Shown: positions 1 through 8,649, counted from the stretch's first letter. The stretch is 56,586 nucleotides of DNA from Actinomycetes bacterium (GCA_031368095.1 JANLQX010000312.1:1-56586); one strand, 5' to 3'. A program made the numbers and translations. Notes: generated by a model from the letters alone, not told the origin.

Positions 1-484
1 CCTCGCCGACGCGCTCGACGACGCCGACGGCACCGAGAATCTCCGACGCCCAGTCAAGGTCGGCGGCGGTGGACCACGCACCCCCGGCGATGGCCGATGC
101 GCCCAGACCAACGAGCGACGGTGTGTTCGGCATCGACCGGATCACCGGAGTGCCGTCGGCCAGCGCCGCTTCGATCGTGGCAATCGTGACCCCGGCGGCT
201 ATCGACAGCACGCGACCAACCCGCCCGGCCAACTCGGTGCACACGGCCGTGACCATCTGCGGTTTCACGGCAATCAACGCACCGTCGAAGCGCTCGCGAC
301 CCTCGAATGCGACCGCCATGGACCCAGCGACCTGCACGCCATGGGCGGCTCGGAGCACGTCGGCCCGAGCGGTGTCCGGCTCGACCACCACGATGTCCGA
401 AGGTGCGGCCCACCCGGCCGAGATCAGCCCGCCCAACAACGCCTCGCCCATCTTGCCGCCACCAATAACCAGGAGCTTCGTCAT
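1..484 (-). CDS. proC: pyrroline-5-carboxylate reductase, 5' part (3' end runs off the window)
   Basis: My own minus-strand translation from the ATG at 484-482 gives MTKLLVIGGGKMGEALLGGLISAGW...IAVKPQMV...VIRSMPNTPSLVGLGASAI. It shows the GxGxxG dinucleotide fold plus the KPQ and MPNTP motifs of ProC. The ORF track omits it because it is open at the window edge. Confidence 0.85.
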   Translation of the reverse strand, partial: MTKLLVIGGGKMGEALLGGLISAGWAAPSDIVVVEPDTARADVLRAAHGVQVAGSMAVAFEGRERFDGALIAVKPQMVTAVCTELAGRVGRVLSIAAGVTIATIEAALADGTPVIRSMPNTPSLVGLGASAIAGGAWSTAADLDWASEILGAVGVVERVGE

Positions 485-533
485 CCCCACAACCCTACGA
501 CCGGCCGTCGCCGCACCGTCGCCGGACCCTCCC

Positions 534-618
534 TCACCACGAAAATCAGAAAGCCCGGAGGCTGTGCCGCATCGTCGCCCTCGTGAAAATCACCACGAAA
601 ATCAGAAAGCCCGGAGGC
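534..618. repeat. 29-bp perfect direct repeat x2 (TCACCACGAAAATCAGAAAGCCCGGAGGC), 56-bp period
   Basis: The copies lie at 534-562 and 590-618. GAAAATCA occurs three times (541, 585, 597). This is a locally AT-rich patch in the 273-nt gap upstream of proC. Confidence 0.9.
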
Positions 619-625
619 ACACCAA

Positions 626-653
626 ACGGTTCGCACTTCCCCGAACGAACCGT
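626..653 (-). terminator. candidate intrinsic terminator after the mshA/ybjN-like unit
   Basis: An 8-bp stem pairs ACGGTTCG (626-633) with CGAACCGT (646-653) around a 12-nt loop. On the minus strand it is followed by TTTGGTGTG. It sits about 105 nt downstream of the stop at 758. Confidence 0.35.
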
Positions 654-757
654 GCAGCAGACGCCACCGGACTTCCTGTGGAGAAGCAAGCTATCGATCG
701 TCAGTTCCGCACGCAAGAAGACCATCGAAGTCCCATCGAACGCGGCGGCCTGACGCG

Positions 758-1210
758 TCAAAAGCGGCGGGGGAAGCCGATTCGGCCGGCGGTGGCGAAG
801 CACTCTTCGCTGGCGGCGTAGACCGAGCCGAGGATCCGGTCGAGCTCGGGCTCGCCCCCGGCCAGCAGGCCGTCAAGGGGCACGAGACCGGTGAGATACG
901 TGGCGTCTTCGCCCCCGATCGAGAACCGCATCCCGTAGAGACGGGCGTTGGTACGCAGGAGATACTCGTAGAACGCGCCGGGGTTCTCCTCGGGGGTCGG
1001 AAGGAAGTACGACTCGAAGTGCAGGGTCCGCTCGCGCACGGTGAACCACACCGTGGTCACCAGCTTGGCGTCGCCGCGGGCCCGGACGTACCAACGGTCG
1101 ACATCGGCGTCACGCTCAACGTTGGTCACCACCGGATGGTCGACGGTGAGCGACGTGGTCCAGCGCTCCAGGAGCGCCAACGCCTTGTTGCGGTCGTTAC
1201 TCACCCGCAC
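758..1210 (-). CDS. YbjN-like (type III chaperone-like fold) conserved protein
   Basis: This is the 3' part of ORF 758..1579. I trimmed it to the GTG at 1210 (or 1204) because the upstream part overlaps mshA. The sequence reads VRVSNDRNKALALLERW...WYVRARGDAKL...FESYFLP. The position just downstream of mshA matches mycobacterial Rv0487, as I recall it. Confidence 0.55.
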   Translation of the reverse strand: MRVSNDRNKALALLERWTTSLTVDHPVVTNVERDADVDRWYVRARGDAKLVTTVWFTVRERTLHFESYFLPTPEENPGAFYEYLLRTNARLYGMRFSIGGEDATYLTGLVPLDGLLAGGEPELDRILGSVYAASEECFATAGRIGFPRRF

Positions 1211-2415
1211 TGCACGAGAGCGCGAGCAGCCAAGTCGCTGTAGAGACGACGCAGACGGGCGGCCGTGGTGCTCCAGGCGTAGCGGTGGGACCGAGCCGCA
1301 GCGGCGGTCCCGAGCGCCGCTGCCAGCGCCGGGTCGTCGAGGATCGAATCGATACGCATCGCCCACGACGAGGGATCGCGTCCGTCGACGAGAAACCCGG
1401 TCCGACCGTGGTCGATGATCGTGGCCAACCCGCCCACGTCGGCGGCGATGACCGGGACGCCACACGCGCTGGCCTCCAGCGCCACGAGCCCAAAGGACTC
1501 GGACCGGCTCGGCACCAGCACGGCGTCGGCCGCCCGGTAATACGTGCTCAGAAGATGGTGCGGTTTGGGGGTGACCCAACGGAGACGGTCGGCCACGCCA
1601 AGGCGCCGAGCCAAAACCCGAAGCTCGTCGACGTAGACCTCGCCGTGAGCACCGCTCGGACCGCCGCAGAGAAGCAGCGTGGCGTGGCGATGGCGAGACG
1701 CGGCGAGTGCCTCAATGGCCAGATCAGCGCCCTTCAACGACTGGAGTCGACCGACGAACAACAGCATCGGACGATCGTCGAGCTTCAACGCAGCGCGTGC
1801 CCCGGCCTGGCTGCCAGGCGAGAAGAACGCGTGGTCCACCCCGAGCGGCACTTCTTCGATCCGCGTTGGATCGGCGCCATAGAGCCGCACCAACTGTTCG
1901 GCCTCGACGGTGGTGTTGGCCAGGATGGCGTCGCAGCATCCAATGGCCGCTTCCTCCGACAGGCCTCGCTCCTCCGGCTCGACATCGCTGGTTTCGGACT
2001 TGACCCGGGCCAGGGTGTGAAACGTGATCACGAGCGGCACGTCGAGCACGTGTTTGAGCGTGTGGCCGGCCTCGGCCGAGAGCCAGTAGTTGGCGTGCAG
2101 CAGGTCGGCCACGATGCCGTCCTCCGCCATCCGGTCACGCACGGCGTCGGCGAACATCGGCACGAGCGGACGGAGGTCTTCCTTGGCCACGGGCGCAACC
2201 GGCCCGGCAACGATGTGATGGACCCGGAAACCCGGTTCGACAAAGACCACCCGAGCGTCGGTTGGCGAGCTCGCGCGTGTCATGACGTCGCACTCGACCC
2301 CGGCGCGAGCAAGGGCGGTGGACAACTCGCGCACGTAGACGTTCATCCCGCCACCGTCGCCGGTGCCGGGCTGAGTCAGGGGCGAGGTGTGGAAGGAGAG
2401 GACGACGACGCGCAT
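1201..2415 (-). CDS. mshA: D-inositol-3-phosphate glycosyltransferase (mycothiol biosynthesis)
   Basis: ORF 1201..2544 trimmed to the ATG at 2415. The N-terminus MRVVVLSFHTSPLTQPGTGDGGGMNVYVRELS is the characteristic MshA signature. The C-terminal half has a GT4 fold (PSRSESFGLVALEASACGVPV). Confidence 0.85.
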   Translation of the reverse strand: MRVVVLSFHTSPLTQPGTGDGGGMNVYVRELSTALARAGVECDVMTRASSPTDARVVFVEPGFRVHHIVAGPVAPVAKEDLRPLVPMFADAVRDRMAEDGIVADLLHANYWLSAEAGHTLKHVLDVPLVITFHTLARVKSETSDVEPEERGLSEEAAIGCCDAILANTTVEAEQLVRLYGADPTRIEEVPLGVDHAFFSPGSQAGARAALKLDDRPMLLFVGRLQSLKGADLAIEALAASRHRHATLLLCGGPSGAHGEVYVDELRVLARRLGVADRLRWVTPKPHHLLSTYYRAADAVLVPSRSESFGLVALEASACGVPVIAADVGGLATIIDHGRTGFLVDGRDPSSWAMRIDSILDDPALAAALGTAAAARSHRYAWSTTAARLRRLYSDLAARALVQCG

Positions 2416-2503
2416 GGGACGAATTCCGGTGAAGGGCAACAGAGCAGAGCCGAACCGTAGCCCGGCCGTGTCTGCAACACCTACGGCGGGCGGGGTGTTC
2501 CCG

Positions 2504-2947
2504 CTACCCAACAACAGCTTCGTTGGCCGCGACGGTGCTGGCACCGCTGGCGCTGCGGTTTTCCGCCTGGAACGACCGCAGGATTTGGAGCATCGCTCGT
2601 TTCTGCGCTTCGCTCAGGGAGCCGTCATCGAGAATCGCCGTGGCCAAGTCGGTGGCGCCAGAAGGGCGTTCGTCGAGGATGCCGGCCTGCACGTAGAGCG
2701 TTTCCGCCGAAATGCGCAACGCCTTGGCCAACTGCTGGAGGATTTCGGCCGACGGCTTGCGCAGGCCTCGCTCGATCTGGCTGAGATACGGGTTCGAAAT
2801 GTCGGCCATGTCCGACAGTTTCCGGAGCGACAGGCGGGCCACACGGCGTTGTTCGCGGATGAAGTCACCAAGTCCGGCCGCACCGGCCCGGAGCGGATCC
2901 GAGGCCACCGGCTCGTCGTCGGACTCAGACGACGAGGACTTTGCCAA
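2504..2947 (-). CDS. XRE-family helix-turn-helix transcriptional regulator
   Basis: HTH_3 motif: LSLRKLSDMADISNPYLSQIERGLRKPSAEILQQLAKAL. Confidence 0.75.
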   Translation of the reverse strand: MAKSSSSESDDEPVASDPLRAGAAGLGDFIREQRRVARLSLRKLSDMADISNPYLSQIERGLRKPSAEILQQLAKALRISAETLYVQAGILDERPSGATDLATAILDDGSLSEAQKRAMLQILRSFQAENRSASGASTVAANEAVVG

Positions 2948-2958
2948 TGCCCTCGGCC

Positions 2959-3498
2959 TTAGCTGAGGAGACGGTCGACGGTCGAACGCCCCGTCCGGTA
3001 CCGCTGGACCAGCTCCGCTTGAATGGCGTCGTAAACCTCGTGGAGACGACGGCGTTCCAGGCTCACATCGTGCTCAAGGGTGACCAGCGAATCGGTCAGC
3101 GAGCCGAGCGCCTCGTTGTCGAGTCCGTCGACGGCTTCGAAGGCGACCCCGCCGGCGGCGGCGTCGACGCGGCCCGCCGCCCATGCTTCCTGATCGTCAC
3201 GCGGATTGTCGCTGATTAACCGGCCTCGTACGCCGACAGCCGTTTGTTCGCTACTTCCGGCCAGGACTTTGGTGAGCCGCTCGACGACGGTCCCGGTGCT
3301 GGCCATTCCCCGCCGACGGCCGTCGAGTTCGGCCCCGATGATGTCGAGACGGACTTGAGTAAGGCGACGGAGATACGACGCCGCTTCTTCGAGCTGATGG
3401 CATTCGGCCCGGCGGGCGCGAAGCTCATCATCGGTCCACTCGACGAGGCCGTCGAGATAGTCCGGCGCGAGAACCCGGTTGAGATGACGATTGGCCAC
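2959..3498 (-). CDS. RsiG-like helical protein (candidate c-di-GMP-dependent anti-sigma factor)
   Basis: 179 aa. It contains E37-x3-S-x2-R-x3-Q-x3-D52 (EEAASYLRRLTQVRLD) and E142-x3-S-x2-R-x3-H-x3-D157 (EHDVSLERRRLHEVYD). The first fits, and the second nearly fits, the RsiG c-di-GMP motif E(x)3S(x)2R(x)3Q(x)3D. Confidence 0.55.
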   Translation of the reverse strand: MANRHLNRVLAPDYLDGLVEWTDDELRARRAECHQLEEAASYLRRLTQVRLDIIGAELDGRRRGMASTGTVVERLTKVLAGSSEQTAVGVRGRLISDNPRDDQEAWAAGRVDAAAGGVAFEAVDGLDNEALGSLTDSLVTLEHDVSLERRRLHEVYDAIQAELVQRYRTGRSTVDRLLS

Positions 3499-3557
3499 CG
3501 TCCCAGGGTACTCGGTGCCACGTTTGCCCCTCCGGACCCAACCAGTCGTGGGCTGGA

Positions 3558-3797
3558 CTAGGAGCCGCCGGAGACCGGGGGGAGGACTCCCACTTCGCTG
3601 CGGTCGGACACTGGCGTGTCACGGTCGGCCGGTTCGCCATCGACCCAGATCCGACAAATGGTCAGGACCCGCACGAACTCCGGGCCAAGGGCCACGCCAG
3701 CGACGTCGAGAAGCTCCCCCACCGTTGCCGCCGGGGCCTCCCACTCTCGGGTCCCGGCCGCCTCGCGGGCTTGGGCAAACAGTCGGAGCCGGGCCAC
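3558..3797 (-). CDS. MoaD/ThiS-family beta-grasp sulfur-carrier-like protein
   Basis: VARLRLFAQAREAAG...SEVGVLPPVSGGS resembles MoaD (FFAQVRE...FPPVTGG). I chose the GTG at 3797; the ORF track extends to 3863. The protein ends GG plus one extra Ser. Confidence 0.6.
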   Translation of the reverse strand: MARLRLFAQAREAAGTREWEAPAATVGELLDVAGVALGPEFVRVLTICRIWVDGEPADRDTPVSDRSEVGVLPPVSGGS

Positions 3798-3871
3798 CGG
3801 CCCAACCGTAGCGGCCGACCTCCCGTTACGAATCTTCCGGGGACCGGCCCGTTCGTGCTTCACTCGTGGGC

Positions 3872-4576
3872 ATGTCCGGGCGCTCGAAATCCCCCGTCGG
3901 CCCCGGGGCCAGGCGGCCGGGCCGATCGTCGGCGCGGGCGGGGTTCCGGACTCCAGGGGTCCTCCTCCTTCGTCATGGGCTCTCGGAGTGGAACGCCGCC
4001 CAACGCTGGCAGGGGTGGGCCGACATCGACCTTGCGCCAGAAGGACGAACCCAGGCCATCGACGCAGCGGCGGAACTGGCCACCTGGCCTCGCACCCTCC
4101 CCGTCGAAATAGTGGCGTCGGACCTCGTTCGGGCCCAGCAGACGGCGCGTCCTATCGCGGCGGCGCTCGGCGCCGGCGAGTTTCGAGTCGACGCCGGATT
4201 TCGCGAGCGTGGCGTCGGCGAGTGGTCAGGACGGACCACCGCGGAGATCGAACATGTCTGGCCGGGCATGTTGACCCGCTGGCGTGACGGTCACCTGGCC
4301 CAGTTGCCAGGCGGCGAGGACGAGACGGCGTTCCGAAGTCGGATCACGATCGCCCTGCGTCATGCCTGCGAACAGGCCGTTGCCAACGCCGCGGCGGTGA
4401 TTGTGGTCAGCCACGGAGGCGTGATCCGGACGCTGGAACGGCTCCATCACGTGGAGCCACGGCCGGTCGGCAATCTCGGCGGACGGTGGTTTTTCCTTGT
4501 CGGCGGCGAAATACGGGGCGGGAGCCGGGTCGATTTACGCGGCCGGGGCCCGACTACCGGAGGCACCGCTCTGTGA
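3872..4576 (+). CDS. histidine phosphatase (phosphoglycerate mutase) family protein
   Basis: LLLRHGLSEWN (RHG catalytic motif) and SHGGVIR. ATG at 3872 within ORF 3866..4576. Confidence 0.75.
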   Translation: MSGRSKSPVGPGARRPGRSSARAGFRTPGVLLLRHGLSEWNAAQRWQGWADIDLAPEGRTQAIDAAAELATWPRTLPVEIVASDLVRAQQTARPIAAALGAGEFRVDAGFRERGVGEWSGRTTAEIEHVWPGMLTRWRDGHLAQLPGGEDETAFRSRITIALRHACEQAVANAAAVIVVSHGGVIRTLERLHHVEPRPVGNLGGRWFFLVGGEIRGGSRVDLRGRGPTTGGTAL

Positions 4577-5280
4577 CCGGCGCCAGGGTCCGTCGCACGC
4601 CCGTCGTGACGGTCACCAATCCATTTCCGGTCCGGGTGGTGCGGTCGCGCAAACGCAAGCGGACGGTGAGCGCCCGTATCGTCGACGGCGAGATCGAACT
4701 GAGTGTCCCGGCGTGGATGTCGGACCGCGAGGCCGGCGAATTCGCCGACCGGATGCAGGCCAGGTTCGCCCGAAAAAAGGCCCAGACGTCGAGCGATCTC
4801 GCCGAGCGGGCCGCGCGCTTGGCGAAGCGTTACGACCTACCCAACCCGGTGGCAATCCGGTGGGTGACCAATCAGCAGAGTCGGTGGGGAAGCTGCTCCA
4901 CCGCCGACGCCACGATTCGACTGTCCGATCGCATGGTGGGCATGCCCGAGTGGGTCGTCGATGCGGTGATCGTGCACGAGCTGGCCCACCTCGTGCACGC
5001 CGACCACGGTCCGGCGTTCAAGGCCCTGGAGGCCCGGTTCGAACGCCAGGCCGAAGCCTCAGCCTTCCTCGACGGTGCGCAGTGGGCAACCGCCCGAGGG
5101 CTCACCGGTTCCGTCGCTCCAGACGCCGAGCCCGACGACGGAGAACCCGACGCCATGCCCGAGGTCGTTCCGTCAGCCGACGACTCGGTCGAGTTGCAGC
5201 TCCTCGATGGCCAGCTCGACCTCGGACAACTCCGCCTCGATCTCGTCGAGCAGTTCGGGAGTGAACGAAAACCCCGGTGA
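4573..5280 (+). CDS. YgjP/DUF45-type (M48-like) zinc metallopeptidase-fold protein
   Basis: HELAHLVHADHGPAF (HExxH) follows WGSCS. The GTG at 4573 overlaps the upstream stop (GTGA). The C-terminal ~60 aa acidic tail is uncertain; see the finding at 5173-5310. Confidence 0.65.
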   Translation: MTGARVRRTPVVTVTNPFPVRVVRSRKRKRTVSARIVDGEIELSVPAWMSDREAGEFADRMQARFARKKAQTSSDLAERAARLAKRYDLPNPVAIRWVTNQQSRWGSCSTADATIRLSDRMVGMPEWVVDAVIVHELAHLVHADHGPAFKALEARFERQAEASAFLDGAQWATARGLTGSVAPDAEPDDGEPDAMPEVVPSADDSVELQLLDGQLDLGQLRLDLVEQFGSERKPR

Positions 5281-5309
5281 GCCGGGAGCCAGATCGAGCG
5301 GTTGTTCCA

Positions 5310-6155
5310 TCACGAGACCACCGTAACCGCCGCCGTGCCCGCCCCCGAGCCCGCCGCCGGCTGGCAGGTGGGGCACCAGTAGGCCCGGCGGTTGGCGGGC
5401 CCCTGCCCTCGGGACACGATGGTCGTTGTGCAGGTACGGCACGGAAGCCCCGTTCGGCCATAGACCCATGGACGGTTGGCCCCGGAGCCGAAGTCACGAC
5501 CGATGGGATCGCCGAGGTTGGCGGCCATGAGCGTGGCGGCGGTCGAAACCAATGCGCCGAGCTCATCCGCCGTGACCCCCGCGCGCCGGGTCCACGGGTG
5601 GAGCCGTCGGAGGAAGAGCGATTCGCAGCGATAGATATTGCCGATCCCGGCCACGATCCGCTGATCGAGGAGGAGTTCACCGAGGGCCAGGTCGGGGCCC
5701 GTTCTCTGGGCGCGGGCGACGATGGTGGCAAGGTCGAGCGGCCTCGCCAGCACGTCCGGACCGAGACCGGCGAGCGACGACCTCCGCGCCGTTGCGACCG
5801 GCGAGGCCAGCTCCACGACGGGGGCGTTGAAACAGACGGCGAGACGGTCGCCGGCCTGGATCACGACGCGGGCCTGACGGGCCGGGCGTTGCCACGTGGC
5901 GTCGGCGGGGTACACGTGCCACGAGCCGGTCATCATCATGTGGGTATGGAGGACGAGTTCGGTGGTGTCGAGCTCGGCGCCGGGAAAGGTCATGAGGAGG
6001 TTCTTGCCAACCGCTTCGACGCTGGCGACGGTGCGGCCGATGAGTCGCTCGATCCGGAGACGAGCGTCACGCGCCGACGCGTCCGTGACGACTCGTCCGG
6101 CGAGCCATGTGCGCAGTGATGCTGCGGCGCGAAAGATCGTGTCGCCCTCAGGCAC
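5310..6155 (-). CDS. nei: Fpg/Nei-family DNA glycosylase (endonuclease VIII type)
   Basis: N-terminal MPEGDTIF (Pro2/Glu3). C-terminal zinc finger CRTC...16 residues...CPTC. Confidence 0.8.
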   Translation of the reverse strand: MPEGDTIFRAAASLRTWLAGRVVTDASARDARLRIERLIGRTVASVEAVGKNLLMTFPGAELDTTELVLHTHMMMTGSWHVYPADATWQRPARQARVVIQAGDRLAVCFNAPVVELASPVATARRSSLAGLGPDVLARPLDLATIVARAQRTGPDLALGELLLDQRIVAGIGNIYRCESLFLRRLHPWTRRAGVTADELGALVSTAATLMAANLGDPIGRDFGSGANRPWVYGRTGLPCRTCTTTIVSRGQGPANRRAYWCPTCQPAAGSGAGTAAVTVVS

Positions 6156-6210
6156 GGTGCACCGTCATCCGTCCACAGTGCCAGGCCTGAAGCTGCAAGA
6201 GTCATCGGCC

Positions 6211-7098
6211 ATGAGCACGCCGAACCTGATCACGGTTGCCGCCCTCCAGATGTCGATGACGGAGGCCGTCGTCGAAAACGTGGCCACCGCCGAGCGGCTG
6301 GTGCGCGTCGCCGCCGCGGAGGGTGCCAACGTGATCCTCATCCCCGAGCTGTTCGAGGGTCCGTACTTCTGTATCGATCAAAAGCCCGCCGACCTGCAAC
6401 GCGCCCGGCCGCTCGACGGCCATCCGACCATCGCCCATTTCTCCGCTCTCGCCGCCGAACTCGGCGTGGTGCTCCCACTGTCGGTCTATGAGCTGGCGGG
6501 CGCCGCGCGATTCAACACGGCGGTGATGGTCGACGCCGATGGCACGTCGCTCGGCACCTACCGCAAGAGCCATATCCCCGATGGTCCGGGCTACACCGAG
6601 AAGTACTACTTCTCCCCCGGCGACACCGGCTTTCGCGTCTGGGACACGGCCTTCGGTCGCATCGGCGTCGGTATCTGTTGGGACCAATGGTTTCCCGAGT
6701 GCGCCCGGGCCATGGCACTCATGGGAGCCGAGGTCTTGCTGTATCCAACGGCCATTGGCTCGGAGCCGCCCGATCCGACATGGGACTCATCGGGCCACTG
6801 GCGACGGGTGATGGCCGGCCACGCCGGCGCCAACCTCGTGCCTGTGGTGGCCGCCAATCGAATCGGCCGCGAGCTCGGCGACGAGAGTGAGATCACGTTC
6901 TACGGCACGTCGTTCATCACCGACATCACGGGCGCAGTTGTCGCCGATGCCGGCCGGGGCAGCGAGGCCGTCATCACCGCCACCATCGACCGCCACGCCA
7001 ATGCAACGCTTCGCGCGTCGTGGGGATTGTTCCGCGACCGACGTCCCGATCTCTACGGCTCCCTTCGCACCCTCGACGGCTCAACCCAACTTCGCTAG
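6211..7098 (+). CDS. aguB: N-carbamoylputrescine amidase (carbon-nitrogen hydrolase family)
   Basis: ORF 5896..7098 trimmed to the ATG at 6211. Motifs: VAALQMS...ILIPELFEGPYFC...YRKSHIPDGPGYTEKYYF...GVGICWDQWFPE (Glu-Lys-Cys triad context). Confidence 0.75.
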   Translation: MSTPNLITVAALQMSMTEAVVENVATAERLVRVAAAEGANVILIPELFEGPYFCIDQKPADLQRARPLDGHPTIAHFSALAAELGVVLPLSVYELAGAARFNTAVMVDADGTSLGTYRKSHIPDGPGYTEKYYFSPGDTGFRVWDTAFGRIGVGICWDQWFPECARAMALMGAEVLLYPTAIGSEPPDPTWDSSGHWRRVMAGHAGANLVPVVAANRIGRELGDESEITFYGTSFITDITGAVVADAGRGSEAVITATIDRHANATLRASWGLFRDRRPDLYGSLRTLDGSTQLR

Positions 7099-8619
7099 TC
7101 AGTCGATTGATGGCACAGCCACCGGTGGGGGTGGCCCGATATAGCGGGCGCTCGGCCTGATGATTTTCGAATCGGCCGCCTGTTCGAGGATGTTGGCACT
7201 CCACCCAATTACCCGGCTCGACGCGAACGTCGGAGTGAACATCGACGGAGGAAGTCCACACGTGGCCATCACCACGCCGGCATAGAACTCGACGTTGGTG
7301 AAGAGCTCACGGCCCGGCTTGAGTTCGGCGAGGAGTTCCACGACCCGTCGTTCGACCTGAAACCCGAGTTCGGCCAGCGGGCCACCGAGACCGACGGCGA
7401 TGTCACGGAGCATGAGCGAGCGCGGATCGTCGGTGCGATACACCGGATGGCCGAAACCCATAATGCGGTCGCCGCGTTCGATCTTTGGACGGACCACCTC
7501 ATCAATGCGGTCTGGCGAACCGATTTCGTCGAGCAGTTCCAGAGCGCGGCTTGGCGCGCCACCATGGAGCGGTCCCGACAGTGCCGCGACCCCTCCGACC
7601 ACGGCGGCCGCGCAGTCGGCGCCCGTCGACGCAATCACGCGGGCCGTGAAGGTCGAGGCGTTGAACCCGTGGTCGATCGTCGAGATCAGATACTGCTCAA
7701 TGGCCCGCACATGCTTCGGTTCAGCGAGCGCGCCATTCATCATCCACAGATAGTTCTCGGCATAGGTGAGTTCCGGCTGCGGATCGACCGGCATCTGGCC
7801 CGAGGCAATCCGGTGAAGCGCACACAAAATCACTGGTGTCAGGGCACACAACCGCAGGACATTGGCGCGCCGTTCGACCGGCGTGAGATCAAGCACGGGC
7901 CGCATGCGATCGGCGGCGCCAACCAGCGACAGCGCGGTGCGAAGACCGTCGAGGGGACCGGTCGTATCGGCAAGGATCGGCAGTACCTTGCGCACGGCCG
8001 CAGGCAACGTGCGCATGGCGTTCACTTCGTCGGTGAAAGCGCAGCGCTCATCGACGGAGCGCGGCAGGGAACCGTCGATGAGGAGCCGCCACACGTCCTC
8101 GAGCGGGCGCTGCTGAGCGAGATCCGTGGCCGAGTATTGGCGGTAGTGATAAAAGCCCTCGCGGCCTCGTACATCGCCAACCTCGGTCTCGGCGACCACC
8201 ACGCCCTTGAGTCCGCGCGGCACATCGGCCACCACGGACGGGTCGCTGATATTGGCCACCCGCATCAGGTCGCGCAGGGACACCACCCCCACGAGTTCGT
8301 CGCCTCGCATGACGGGCGCGTGCCGGTAGCCGCGTTCGCGCATGGTCGCAAGTGCCGCGGCCGCATCGGACTCGGCGTCGACGGTATCGACCGGGCTGCT
8401 CATCACCGACGCAACCGTGACAGTGGCGGTGTTCCCCGCGGCGAGGGACCGCAGCACGTCGCGCTCCGTCACGATGCCGACCACCGCCGACCCGTCGACG
8501 ATCACCACCGACCCGACGCGATGGTCGTGCATTCGTTGGATCGCGATGGCCAGTGTTTCCTCCGATCCAGAAACAACGGCGGGATGGGTCGTGAGCGAGT
8601 CAACGGTAGGGATCGTCAT
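7099..8619 (-). CDS. CBS-pair domain fused to citrate synthase-family domain
   Basis: The N-terminal ~130 aa hold two CBS motifs (HRVGSVVIVDGSAVVGIVTERDVLR and YRHAPVMRGDELVGVVSLRDLMR). The citrate synthase signatures GPLHGGA and GFGHPVYRTDDPR follow. ATG at 8619; the ORF track TTG is at 8655. Confidence 0.8.
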   Translation of the reverse strand: MTIPTVDSLTTHPAVVSGSEETLAIAIQRMHDHRVGSVVIVDGSAVVGIVTERDVLRSLAAGNTATVTVASVMSSPVDTVDAESDAAAALATMRERGYRHAPVMRGDELVGVVSLRDLMRVANISDPSVVADVPRGLKGVVVAETEVGDVRGREGFYHYRQYSATDLAQQRPLEDVWRLLIDGSLPRSVDERCAFTDEVNAMRTLPAAVRKVLPILADTTGPLDGLRTALSLVGAADRMRPVLDLTPVERRANVLRLCALTPVILCALHRIASGQMPVDPQPELTYAENYLWMMNGALAEPKHVRAIEQYLISTIDHGFNASTFTARVIASTGADCAAAVVGGVAALSGPLHGGAPSRALELLDEIGSPDRIDEVVRPKIERGDRIMGFGHPVYRTDDPRSLMLRDIAVGLGGPLAELGFQVERRVVELLAELKPGRELFTNVEFYAGVVMATCGLPPSMFTPTFASSRVIGWSANILEQAADSKIIRPSARYIGPPPPVAVPSID

Positions 8620-8649
8620 GTCACTGATGGTGGGCCGCGACGGAGACTT

